Part shown: positions 39,735-49,149 of the stretch, one piece after another
How positions within the stretch are numbered: position 1 is the stretch's first letter
Layout of the letters: each line of letters opens with the position of its first letter
DNA from: a virus
Lineage: Duplodnaviria > Caudoviricetes
Length of the DNA stretch: 64,000 nucleotides
IMG/VR virus record: IMGVR_UViG_3300021387_000147
Direction: 5' to 3' (one strand)
Notes under the pieces: generated by a model
The model's database searches: none
Seen by the model: the letters and a program-made list of their open reading frames with translations, nothing else
What the model was told of the DNA's origin: nothing
Position numbers and translations under genes: made by a program

Positions 39735-42700
39735 TGTCCATCTCTACACTTATATTATCAATACTTACTGCATTGATACTAATATATTTATATAGTTTCT
39801 TATTGTCTTCATTTCCTGGTGCAATACGATAATGTTTTTCTTCTGTATCGCCGTAAATTTGGTTCTTATATTTGAAAGTACCACCACATTCTGGACATGG
39901 AATATAAAATAGACCATTAATTACCTTATTATAAGGACTACAATTTGGACATTGTTTTAATTCAATCATATCTTCTAATTCATCAGGTACAGCTGTACCA
40001 TATTCTATTTCTTCACCTACTTTCTCTGGAATCCATAAAGTACCACTTTTAGGAATAGATGTTGAATGGAATGTATAGAATTGTACTTTTTTAACAGTGT
40101 CTTGTATAGTAATATAACCTACAACATAATTACTACGACTATCAGTTGTAGCAATTGGAGTTGTATTACTTTCATTATAAGTATAATCTTTCTTTGCTTT
40201 ATATGTAGTACCTAAACCTAAACATGTTGGACATACAACATAGCCAGTGTCATGACAATGATCACATTTTGCAATGTTATAGTCTTCTCTATGTGTATCT
40301 TCTAGATAACCTACACCATTACATACAGGACAAACATCTTTTACGATAGTTGGATTGTTCATAATATCGTAAATTACTTCACCTTTAGAATTTACCTTAT
40401 AGACATCAATTTCACCTTCACCATTACACATTTTACATGTATGTTGAAGTTTAACACCTGTCTTTCTATAATCTAATTCTAAATCTCTATCATGATGACC
40501 AACTTCACCATAATATGGATAATATCTATTATTCATATTCAATGTATATTTTTCTTGAGATACATGATTATGGTTATGTTCACCTCTATTAATAATTTCT
40601 TCTTTTAGATTATACTGACATGGATTTTCTAGAGTATTATTTTCAAAATACTGCTTTTCAATCCACTTTGGATCAAAGAATATTCTTGACCATGCATCTT
40701 TAGGACCACCAGCTACGTTCTTATCTTGACCTCTAAATGCATAATATTGAACGAAATTGTCTGGTAATTCAATTCCTCTATATAATTGATTCTGATATTG
40801 CTTTCTAATCTTGTTCTGTTCAGTTCCAGTCAATCTATCCCATTTTGGATAAATCTGATGGAAATCAGTGACAAATTGGAAATTATTATTAACATCACGT
40901 GGAACGTCAACATAATTCCACATTTGACCATAACCTAAATATGCTTTCTTATAAGTTAGTTTACTTCCATATACAGTGCATGCTGAATATCCAATAGGTT
41001 CAGCTGAAGTTGTATAAAGAATTAAATCTTTCTTTATATCTTCATCCATCAAATTAGTTGGTAATAACAACTGATTTTTATTTGATATTCTTGGATCTGC
41101 TACATCATTTAATTGTAAACCATACATTGATAAAGGTTTTACATACTTATGCTTATAATATAAGTATCTGATATTAATACCAGTTCTACCACATGTTGGA
41201 CATAGTAAATCATTTGACTGTAATTCATAGAATGGTGATTCACCTTTATAAGGATAATTAGCCCAGTTATTGCAACCATGCTTATATGGGTTAATCATAC
41301 CTACACCAGAACAAGTTCTACATACATGACGATAAGCAGATAAGCCATTCCAACTAATGTTGTTATGGATTTTCATATCTGTACCTTTATTGAAATAGTC
41401 ATTAGCAATTGCTGGTCTATCAGTAAAGATGAAATTTTGTGCTACGTTTGAATTTTCTTGACCATTAGCTAAATAGGTCATACCAGAACCAGCTGACAAT
41501 GTATCATGCGCAGAGAAACTTTCTTTATAATAGATAGTCTTTACTTCTCTATTAGTCATAAAGTTATGGAAATTATTTTGCCATTGCCATTTCTTATCAG
41601 TTTCAGGCTTTCTAATTTCTGCAGTATCAATTTTACCTTCGTATGAATAATATGGTTCATATTGAATTGGATCACAATTACGTGTTGAATTATTATAAAC
41701 ATCATAAGCACTTTCATTCAAAGTTAACCATACATACTTATTTGGTATTGCATCAATTACATCATTATGGAATTGGAAAACACCTTCAAAGAAACCATTT
41801 TTAGGTGTATTCCAATATAACATATTTTGTGTTTCCTCATTTGGGAAATAATTATATCTTGTCTGATATGGATTTTTAATATAAGGATATGCTTGTAGAT
41901 AACTAATATCATTATCTTTATCATTTATAGCTACATTATAAGCACTATGAATCTGATTATCACCTAGATAACCTACGTGCATACATGTATTACCATCTAA
42001 TACATTTTCCAAATTACCAATATCAGACAAGTTATTCAATTCATTATAATAATTTGTCTTTAAGTGATATACACCATTTCTTGATGGTAAGACTGATAAA
42101 TTTTCATCCTTATACAAGATGAAATTCATAATTTCATCATAATTCCAACTATATTTTGGTGAATATTCAAATGTTTTTGTCTTTGAATGCAACATATAGT
42201 TAAGAATTTCTGCAGGTTTACTATTATTATCATTTACATGCACCATGATATTTTCATATTCACCATTAAAATCTTTATGATCTTTCATATAAGCATGTAA
42301 ATACTCACTAGAAACAATATTACTTAAACTTACCCAACTAGGATGACTTGATTGTGGATTCCACAAAAAATCAGGTAATTCTAATGCTTCAATTTTTGTA
42401 TTTAATGGTGGTAATTTAAATTTAACTGTTATCTGTGCTAAATTTTTATATGTAAATGTATCTGAAATTTCAGTAAAATCTGTTTCAGACAATGTTTTAA
42501 TAATTGATCTTTTAATATAAGCACTACGCCAATTGAACCAAATAGGTGTTGGTCCATCAATTCTTTTTGATTCAGTATTTTCACCTTGTTTATGAATACA
42601 ATAATTTATTTTATATGTTGTATCATATAATTTTTCAATTGATAATTGATGGTCAATTGAGTATTCTGGATCAGAATTACGAATAGCTTTTTCAAATAGA

Positions 42701-43584
42701 GCAACATTATTTCCATCTATCAATGTTTCATTATCATATACAACTTCACAATTTGATGCAGAAGTTAAATTTATAGGTATATATTCATCCTTTTGTGTAG
42801 ATGGATTGAAATACTTTTCTGAAAGATTAATATCATCAACTGGTCCACAATAATGACAATTTGAATTTGTACCAAAACAATATGGACATACAGTATGATC
42901 TATTGTATCATACAAACTATTTGATTCAACTATACCAGAAATTGCGCTATTCCATGAATATAATTGTTTTTCTGTTTTAGATTTACCTAAATATAATACG
43001 TCATCATCTTCAAATAAATTATCAAATGCTGAATAACTATTATCAGCGTATTTAATTCCTTTATTATCAACAATATCAAAATATGGAACTTTAGTATCAA
43101 TATTTCCACCAGATAAATCTTTTAATGTAGTTGGATAAGAAGTCCATGGAGCTTGTGCAACATGACCTTCATTCAAATTCATAAAGCCCCAAACAATATT
43201 TGTTCCAGCATGTTTATAGACTTTATATTCATCATCTTTATAAACTTCTGTCATGTTTGGTAAACTATTGATATTATCAACTACCATTGGAATTTCACCC
43301 AAAAGATTACTATCCTTTGGATCATCACAATAATTATATACCTTAATATAACGATATACAGGTTCACAACATAGTGGGTCTACGTTATCACTGTGTGAAC
43401 ACATATAAATGAAATTATTTTTTCTTCCATTTCTTAATACTTTTATCCATCCATGACCATATCCAGAAGTATCTAATTCGATATTTCCATCAACGTCATA
43501 GCCAAGTCCTCTCAAACGACTTGTTAAAGTATCATAAGCAGTCTGCAATTTAAATTTAGGTTTATTATTACGTGATATTATCAT
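39727..43584 (-). CDS. Large late protein with multiple DnaJ-type CxxCxGxG zinc fingers; start corrected to 43584
   Basis: CRTCSGVG, CPTCGRTG, CKMCNGEG, CPVCNGVG, CDHCHDTG, CPTCLGLG, CPECGG; TATAAATA 43589-43596. Confidence 0.7.
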   Translation of the reverse strand: MIISRNNKPKFKLQTAYDTLTSRLRGLGYDVDGNIELDTSGYGHGWIKVLRNGRKNNFIYMCSHSDNVDPLCCEPVYRYIKVYNYCDDPKDSNLLGEIPMVVDNINSLPNMTEVYKDDEYKVYKHAGTNIVWGFMNLNEGHVAQAPWTSYPTTLKDLSGGNIDTKVPYFDIVDNKGIKYADNSYSAFDNLFEDDDVLYLGKSKTEKQLYSWNSAISGIVESNSLYDTIDHTVCPYCFGTNSNCHYCGPVDDINLSEKYFNPSTQKDEYIPINLTSASNCEVVYDNETLIDGNNVALFEKAIRNSDPEYSIDHQLSIEKLYDTTYKINYCIHKQGENTESKRIDGPTPIWFNWRSAYIKRSIIKTLSETDFTEISDTFTYKNLAQITVKFKLPPLNTKIEALELPDFLWNPQSSHPSWVSLSNIVSSEYLHAYMKDHKDFNGEYENIMVHVNDNNSKPAEILNYMLHSKTKTFEYSPKYSWNYDEIMNFILYKDENLSVLPSRNGVYHLKTNYYNELNNLSDIGNLENVLDGNTCMHVGYLGDNQIHSAYNVAINDKDNDISYLQAYPYIKNPYQTRYNYFPNEETQNMLYWNTPKNGFFEGVFQFHNDVIDAIPNKYVWLTLNESAYDVYNNSTRNCDPIQYEPYYSYEGKIDTAEIRKPETDKKWQWQNNFHNFMTNREVKTIYYKESFSAHDTLSAGSGMTYLANGQENSNVAQNFIFTDRPAIANDYFNKGTDMKIHNNISWNGLSAYRHVCRTCSGVGMINPYKHGCNNWANYPYKGESPFYELQSNDLLCPTCGRTGINIRYLYYKHKYVKPLSMYGLQLNDVADPRISNKNQLLLPTNLMDEDIKKDLILYTTSAEPIGYSACTVYGSKLTYKKAYLGYGQMWNYVDVPRDVNNNFQFVTDFHQIYPKWDRLTGTEQNKIRKQYQNQLYRGIELPDNFVQYYAFRGQDKNVAGGPKDAWSRIFFDPKWIEKQYFENNTLENPCQYNLKEEIINRGEHNHNHVSQEKYTLNMNNRYYPYYGEVGHHDRDLELDYRKTGVKLQHTCKMCNGEGEIDVYKVNSKGEVIYDIMNNPTIVKDVCPVCNGVGYLEDTHREDYNIAKCDHCHDTGYVVCPTCLGLGTTYKAKKDYTYNESNTTPIATTDSRSNYVVGYITIQDTVKKVQFYTFHSTSIPKSGTLWIPEKVGEEIEYGTAVPDELEDMIELKQCPNCSPYNKVINGLFYIPCPECGGTFKYKNQIYGDTEEKHYRIAPGNEDNKKLYKYISINAVSIDNISVEMDNG

Positions 43585-43660
43585 ATCATATTTATAAACA
43601 AAAAAGACTCTATCTTTCGATAGAGTCTTAAAACAAAACAAATTGTCAAATAAATTTTAT

Positions 43661-44467
43661 TTACTTAGCAGTCTTTTCGTCTTCGTCAAAGAGCTTTTCA
43701 ACAAACTTTGCCTGAATAAGTGCATTCAGATCAAAGCCATCGCCCTGAGTGAGAGCCTGATAAGTCAACAGCTTGCCAATGGTAAGTTCCTTACCGCTGT
43801 CAAGGTCCTTCAAGAGCTTTTCAGTCTGCTTAGCCTGAATAATCTCATTAATATCAATTCCCTTACCTGTCGTAATGCCCTGCATAATAGTCATCTTGGT
43901 AAGAGGAATATCCTTTCCATTGCCGACAGCATCCATCATCTTTTCAGCCATCTTAGCCTGGAGAATTGCATTGACGTCAATCTTAGTATTAATCGTCATC
44001 TTGTTCTTTGTGTTATTTTCATTTGCCATAGTAGCATCTTCCTTTTTAGTTAATTTGTTTTTGTTATATTTTTCTTTGATTTTGTCCATCATACGTTCAC
44101 ATTCATCAACGTCATCTAAATTGCCATCATAAAATGCTCGCATCTTTCGTTTATTCAACTGGACTAAATCTTCTTCACTATCACGATCCATCATTTTTGC
44201 ATCCTTTGTTATTTTATCGAGTGCCCTTTCTAAGGTCTCATGACGGTGTCGTTCTTTTAGTTCTTCTTCTCGTTTCTTTCTAGCCTCTTCTACTAATTGT
44301 CTCCGTGCATACTCTTCTTGCATACGTCTGGCTTCTTCCATTTCATATCCAAATCGCTTATACACAGAGTTTTCATAGAAATCATCATCTTTAGGTTTGA
44401 GTGCACGATCCCACTCGCACCTATTGATAATGCTTTGATTGGCTAGTGCATCTTCTATACCAGCCAT
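43661..44467 (-). CDS. Hypothetical protein, coiled N-half plus C-terminal IDxNxxIQAK repeats (possible internal start 44029)
   Basis: SD GGAGG; three IDVNAILQAK/IDINEIIQAK/FDLNALIQAK repeats. Confidence 0.6.
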   Translation of the reverse strand: MAGIEDALANQSIINRCEWDRALKPKDDDFYENSVYKRFGYEMEEARRMQEEYARRQLVEEARKKREEELKERHRHETLERALDKITKDAKMMDRDSEEDLVQLNKRKMRAFYDGNLDDVDECERMMDKIKEKYNKNKLTKKEDATMANENNTKNKMTINTKIDVNAILQAKMAEKMMDAVGNGKDIPLTKMTIMQGITTGKGIDINEIIQAKQTEKLLKDLDSGKELTIGKLLTYQALTQGDGFDLNALIQAKFVEKLFDEDEKTAK

Positions 44468-44475
44468 TGACCTCC

Positions 44476-45420
44476 TTAGACGGCTTCATCGAGTTCATTT
44501 TCCCAATCAAGGTCCATATCATCGGACAGCTTGAGAAGTTCCTTCAGATTAGCCGGCTTAATAATGTTCAAATTATAACCGAACTTGTCCTTAATACCTT
44601 CATCGAAGTGAAGTTCATAAAGGGGCTGAAGGTCCTTGTAAGAGTAAGCTGCGATAACTTCACCATTCTTCATGATAACGTTGTGTTCACACCACTTATT
44701 CCAATCCAGCTTGTACTTCTTAGCAATTTCGGAAATCTTAGCACCGATCTTGAACTTCTTCAGAGATACGTTTGCAACTTCATCACATTCTTCCGCAGCC
44801 TTAGCAGCGAAGTAAGCATCGAGGTGCTTCAGAATGTTTCGGTCAGTAATCACATGCGGAATCTTATTGAAAGTCACGGACTTACCATTGTACCAGTTCA
44901 TTTCAATACCATTCATGAGCAACTTTTCTTCAACCTTACTCATCTTCGTAATGTATTCTGCATTCTTGACCTGGAATTCCTTGTCCATAACCTTTTCAGA
45001 CAAAGCGATAAGGTCCTTGTAAACCTGTTCCTTTTCGTTGCGGAAACGGTCAGCGGAAACAACGTAGATGAAGTCACGAGAGCGGGTAATCTTACCACGC
45101 TTGGACTCAGCAATCTTACGATAAATACGCATACGCTTTGCAGACGGACCCTTAACGAGATTATGAGACTTAAGGAAAGCGTTGAATTCGATCTGTTCAT
45201 CAACAGTCAGCGGTTCAACATGGTCAATAATCTTACCAATTCCACCTTTAGCAACAATGCGACCCTTTGCATTGCGCTTTGCAACGACCTTCTTCTTGGC
45301 CGTAGCCTTCACAGTCTTCTTAGCAGTCTTCTTCACAACCTTCTTTGCATTCTTCTTCATAGCAACCTTCTTGTTAGAGTTCTTGACAGTGTTCTTGGTG
45401 GCGTTGGTGTTGTTCTTCAT
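44476..45420 (-). CDS. Early protein with histone H1-like Lys/Ala-rich N-terminal tail
   Basis: KKVAMKKNAKKVVKKTAKKTVKATAKKKVVAKR; host-like codon usage; strong promoter upstream. Confidence 0.7.
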   Translation of the reverse strand: MKNNTNATKNTVKNSNKKVAMKKNAKKVVKKTAKKTVKATAKKKVVAKRNAKGRIVAKGGIGKIIDHVEPLTVDEQIEFNAFLKSHNLVKGPSAKRMRIYRKIAESKRGKITRSRDFIYVVSADRFRNEKEQVYKDLIALSEKVMDKEFQVKNAEYITKMSKVEEKLLMNGIEMNWYNGKSVTFNKIPHVITDRNILKHLDAYFAAKAAEECDEVANVSLKKFKIGAKISEIAKKYKLDWNKWCEHNVIMKNGEVIAAYSYKDLQPLYELHFDEGIKDKFGYNLNIIKPANLKELLKLSDDMDLDWENELDEAV

Positions 45421-45461
45421 AGTTATACCTTTTGTAAAGTTGTTTAGTAGTATCTTTTATT

Positions 45462-45608
45462 TTAACAAGTAAAATATACTTAATTATTGGCCCTTTGGAA
45501 ACCCCTTTTTTTGTAAAACTTTCTTTACATTTCTTTGAAATTTTTGTCATTTTATGTCAAAATGTCATATTTTGACACTTCCAGGGGCTTTGTAAACTAA
45601 AGTTTACA
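45462..45608 (-). promoter_or_regulatory. Strong early promoter with two TGTAAA-N6-TTTACA palindromes
   Basis: GGGG-TTTCCA-N17-TATATTTTACTTGT; palindromes 45512-45529 and 45591-45608; near copy at 47980-48048. Confidence 0.65.
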
Positions 45609-45612
45609 TTCC

Positions 45613-45822
45613 CTAGGGGTAGGTTTTGACTACTTTTCCATTTTCATCTAATTCTTGCGTATATGCGACGTCAGTCGTCATATCATCGATATGGCCAGAA
45701 CGAGCATCAATTGACTGTTCAATTTCTTCCAAAGCCTTTTCCTGGGCTTCTTCGTAATCTTCTGCTTCTACTTCAATTGACCATTCGATAGTCTTTGTAC
45801 CAATTACATTAAACTTAGGCAT
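45613..45822 (-). CDS. Small acidic protein (DpnD/PcfM-like pattern)
   Basis: IEVEAEDYEEA.EKA. Confidence 0.6.
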   Translation of the reverse strand: MPKFNVIGTKTIEWSIEVEAEDYEEAQEKALEEIEQSIDARSGHIDDMTTDVAYTQELDENGKVVKTYP

Positions 45823-46349
45823 TATTTATTTCCTTTTGAATAGATTGCCATACATTCTGCCATGATTTCTAAGAACGTGATATGGACTTCATCACCATTC
45901 TGCTTGAATAGGAATGCTTTTCCACCAGCTTCATTCCACTGTTTTACATTATCTTCATTGTCATCAATAAGAATAGACTGACTATCTGCTTCTTTAAACT
46001 TCATGGAGCCTTTATTGATAATCTTAATCATATCTTCTTTGATTTCTGGAAAATGCTTTTTAAGGAATTCACGTTTACCATCTTTACCTTCTTGAAGATA
46101 AATGGCCGACATGATACCAATTTCAATATCAACACCAATTTCTGCAGCATCTTTAACAAAGCCATTAATCTTGTTATAAAGAGACAGACCATAAGGAATT
46201 ACTTCCATATCTGCCCAGAATGACGGACCAATTGCTTTGAGCTTAAACCAATTAGGTTTGCCCGTTTTCTTATTACGGCCTTTGACTTCTTCAATCTTCT
46301 TGTCAAAATCAGCCAACACGCCGTCCATATCAAAATAAATTTTAATCAT
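45822..46349 (-). CDS. HAD 5'(3')-deoxyribonucleotidase-like
   Basis: IYFDMDGVLADF, K...K, ILIDDNEDN...W...GG. Confidence 0.85.
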   Translation of the reverse strand: MIKIYFDMDGVLADFDKKIEEVKGRNKKTGKPNWFKLKAIGPSFWADMEVIPYGLSLYNKINGFVKDAAEIGVDIEIGIMSAIYLQEGKDGKREFLKKHFPEIKEDMIKIINKGSMKFKEADSQSILIDDNEDNVKQWNEAGGKAFLFKQNGDEVHITFLEIMAECMAIYSKGNK

Positions 46350-46830
46350 TTTCTACCTTAAATTTGTTATCATCATCAAGTGATAAAAGCCAATTCTTAA
46401 AATGACCTTTAGCCAAACGAATATATTTGTCTCTGAATGCATCAAATGCAATAAAACCTGCAGCATCTTCAGAGTTATGTTTGATAAAGTCACTATAATC
46501 ATTGATAAATGCTTTCGCATACTTCAAAGACGGACAAATGTATTTAAACCAATTCCATTTGCATTCCTTATGATTATATCCAAAGTAAACATCAAACATA
46601 TAATAAATTTTGTTTACATACACTGGGTTATATGCACATGTTCCTGTATAGGCTGTGATATAGTCCAGAGGAACGATATGATTTAGAACTACTCTCATAT
46701 CGTGATTTGTTGGGTCTGGAATAGTTGTTTCCCAATAGTTAACTAAACATGCTTTGTCTAAATTTAGTGACTTAAATAGGTTTTTGATTTCTTCACTATT
46801 CCGACGAATTCCATCATTTACAGGCTTCAT
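46342..46830 (-). CDS. Hypothetical protein; start corrected to 46830
   Basis: Coupled to the upstream stop. Confidence 0.55.
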   Translation of the reverse strand: MKPVNDGIRRNSEEIKNLFKSLNLDKACLVNYWETTIPDPTNHDMRVVLNHIVPLDYITAYTGTCAYNPVYVNKIYYMFDVYFGYNHKECKWNWFKYICPSLKYAKAFINDYSDFIKHNSEDAAGFIAFDAFRDKYIRLAKGHFKNWLLSLDDDNKFKVEND

Positions 46831-47159
46831 TATAAACCTGCCTTTTCCATACAACGTTCAAAAATCTTGTATTCTTTTGTTGCCTTACGACGTTCAATTT
46901 CTTTTAGTGCTTCCTGACGAACATTTTCATCATAATTCTGAATGCTATCAAGTTCAGCCTTATAGAAATTCCTAGCAATTGTAGTTGATTTAATATCAGA
47001 CTCACATGCGATTAGACGAGCCTTATACTTGTCTTCTATCTTCTTAATATCTGTCTGCACAGTCTCAATTTGCTTTTGATCCTGGCGCATCTGATAATGC
47101 ATACCAAGCGGGAATGCTATAACACAACCAAACAAATAACAAACTATATACCATTTCAT
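46830..47159 (-). CDS. Membrane-anchored coiled-coil protein (possibly spanin-like); start corrected
   Basis: N-terminal TM MKWYIVCYLFGCVIAFPLG followed by coiled coil; SD GAGG. Confidence 0.5.
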   Translation of the reverse strand: MKWYIVCYLFGCVIAFPLGMHYQMRQDQKQIETVQTDIKKIEDKYKARLIACESDIKSTTIARNFYKAELDSIQNYDENVRQEALKEIERRKATKEYKIFERCMEKAGL

Positions 47160-47175
47160 TATGCAACCACCTCTA

Positions 47176-47832
47176 TTAATAGTACTTTTCCCAAACTTCC
47201 TGATCCATTCCATAGTCAAGAAGGATAATCTTTCCAGCCTTATTCACACCAAGCTGGGCATCGTAAATATCATGAATTTTGTTCTTCCAGATGAAAGTAG
47301 CCAATTCCTTGATTTCCTTAGCGAGCTTTTTGAAAATAGCCGGCTTATATTTGGCTTCATCTTTCGTTTCTCTGACAAAGTCTTTAACAATGTTTTGGAC
47401 CTTCTTGGCCGTGTAATGTTCATTTACGTTAATATCGACATAGTCAGAAAAATTGTCAGCGTTAATGTTTACATCCTTATCTTCAAGGAAGCGGTTCAGA
47501 GAAGAGCAACGTTCTACGATAAGGTAATAACCCTTTGGGTGATACAATTTGATTTTTGCAACACGGTCAGGCGACTTTTCGAAAACTCGAAGCTCTACCA
47601 AGTTCTGAGCCATTCCACGACGGTCTTTTGCCATCTTAATGACAGTATTCTTATCGAGTGCCCAAACTCTGCGAGAAGAGCCAGAACCGATTTTGTAATA
47701 TCTGCTATAGAGAATATCGAAAACCTTGTCGAACTTTGGCGTATCTTCAAAGTCGAAGTCATCGGATTTGATGCAGTCTTCGTATGCACATTCAATTTGA
47801 TAGAGAAAATCATTAAGCATTTTCAGAGTCAT
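47176..47832 (-). CDS. Protein kinase-like early protein
   Basis: IGSGSSRRV glycine loop, VIKMA, Q..VE, HDIYDAQLG, LLDYG. Confidence 0.65.
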   Translation of the reverse strand: MTLKMLNDFLYQIECAYEDCIKSDDFDFEDTPKFDKVFDILYSRYYKIGSGSSRRVWALDKNTVIKMAKDRRGMAQNLVELRVFEKSPDRVAKIKLYHPKGYYLIVERCSSLNRFLEDKDVNINADNFSDYVDINVNEHYTAKKVQNIVKDFVRETKDEAKYKPAIFKKLAKEIKELATFIWKNKIHDIYDAQLGVNKAGKIILLDYGMDQEVWEKYY

Positions 47833-47844
47833 TTTGCTACCTCA

Positions 47845-47964
47845 TTAGACTTCAACTTCGATCCACTTGTTTCCGTTCTTTTCTTCAAACAAAGTCACAC
47901 CCTTAAGAATTTTGGTGGACTTAGCCTTAAACTTTTCACGCTTACCAACAGCTTTAGTTTTCAT
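47845..47964 (-). CDS. Unlisted 39-aa basic early peptide (MKTKAVGKREKFKAKSTKILKGVTLFEEKNGNKWIEVEV)
   Basis: SD GAGG, first ORF after the early promoter. Confidence 0.55.
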   Translation of the reverse strand: MKTKAVGKREKFKAKSTKILKGVTLFEEKNGNKWIEVEV

Positions 47965-47979
47965 CTGGAACCTCTTAAT

Positions 47980-48048
47980 TTTTACAAGTAAAATATACCT
48001 ATTTTTGGATTCTTTGTTAACCCCTATTTTTGTAAAATGTTTTTTACA
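47980..48048 (-). promoter_or_regulatory. Strong early promoter with TGTAAA-N6-TTTACA palindrome
   Basis: GGGG-TTAACA-N17-TATATTTTACTTGT; palindrome 48031-48048. Confidence 0.65.
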
Positions 48049-48190
48049 AAACTGCTCCAGAATGGCATGTTCGTATATTGTTCGTATAATGTTAATAAAA
48101 AGTTTACAATGTTCGTAGATTTTATGACAGAAAATGACAAAAAATCCAGCCCTGGAGGACTGGATTTTAGTTTAACAAAAAAGGAAATTT

Positions 48191-48679
48191 TTAAGCGGTC
48201 AAAAGGCCAACGACAAATGGCTTTGCTTTATCAGGGAATTCGTCTAAATCTAATACAACTAATTCTACTTCCTGAGTTGCAGTTTCTACTTTGCGATTAT
48301 TTTCATCTTTATGAGCTACTCTTTCTAGTGCATCTTTATAGACGTTATCTAGTGCTTCTTTAGCTGCGTTAAATTCGACTATTTGTTCTTTAATAGAGAC
48401 GCCAGTTTCATTCTGAATTATATTACCTTGTTCATCTCTATCAGCATATTTTACAATAGTATCATTCAAATCATGCTTATATTTTTGATATTCTGTATCA
48501 TTTGCTTCATTATAAACAGATCCAATAATGTTATTATAAGGAATAGTTAAAGCTTCTATATTCTTATATAGCATTAGAGAGTATTTTGGATTTAGTCCTT
48601 CTGTATTCAAGTTTTTTACGAATTCGTTGAATAGTTGAAGGATTTCATAGTTTTTCAATTCACGTTTTGTTATTTTCAT
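48191..48679 (-). CDS. Hypothetical protein
   Basis: ORF followed by terminator 48139-48168. Confidence 0.6.
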   Translation of the reverse strand: MKITKRELKNYEILQLFNEFVKNLNTEGLNPKYSLMLYKNIEALTIPYNNIIGSVYNEANDTEYQKYKHDLNDTIVKYADRDEQGNIIQNETGVSIKEQIVEFNAAKEALDNVYKDALERVAHKDENNRKVETATQEVELVVLDLDEFPDKAKPFVVGLLTA

Positions 48680-48681
48680 TA

Positions 48682-49146
48682 TTAACCTACAAGTATGTTT
48701 TTATTATATAAGAAATGTAAGAAACTATATACATGTTTACAAACAGTTGGAATTTGCTTACTATTTCTAATTTTATTAGGAATTCTATTATTAGATTTAA
48801 CTACACCGCCCAATACGTTATATTTAGCGTCTGGATATGCCACGTTGTAGCGAAAAGCATTGCATGTGCAATTTACTTTACCAACTAAAGAAAGCATCAG
48901 AGGCGTCTCCAGGTTATCCCTGTGAAGTTCCACAATTACATTATAGGAACCTTTTCCAGATTGTGATTTTACTAAGCCTTTTATGACAGTATCTTGTTTA
49001 TCTTTTCCATCGATATGCCAATTAACTACTTGAATATCTTTATCTGAATATGGAAATACTTTCCTATAATTATCAATCAAATTTTTCAATGTTGGTTGAT
49101 TTGCTTCATTTAAGGATAATGTTTCTAAGTATTCTAATAGATTCAT
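48682..49146 (-). CDS. SWIM-type zinc-finger late protein
   Basis: CTC.AF....CKH; TATAAATA 49151-49158. Confidence 0.65.
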   Translation of the reverse strand: MNLLEYLETLSLNEANQPTLKNLIDNYRKVFPYSDKDIQVVNWHIDGKDKQDTVIKGLVKSQSGKGSYNVIVELHRDNLETPLMLSLVGKVNCTCNAFRYNVAYPDAKYNVLGGVVKSNNRIPNKIRNSKQIPTVCKHVYSFLHFLYNKNILVG

Positions 49147-49149
49147 AAC

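Noticed and set aside
44446-45447. 333-aa + strand ORF (also 47161-47991, 62984-63622, 43643-44053)
   Set aside because: Antisense shadows of well-supported - strand genes, caused by biased codon usage; no SD or recognisable motifs.
48068-48116. TGTTCGTA x3, including TTCGTATAATGT resembling a loxP/XerC half-site
   Set aside because: No inverted partner arm or XerD arm at the correct spacing, and no recombinase in the window.
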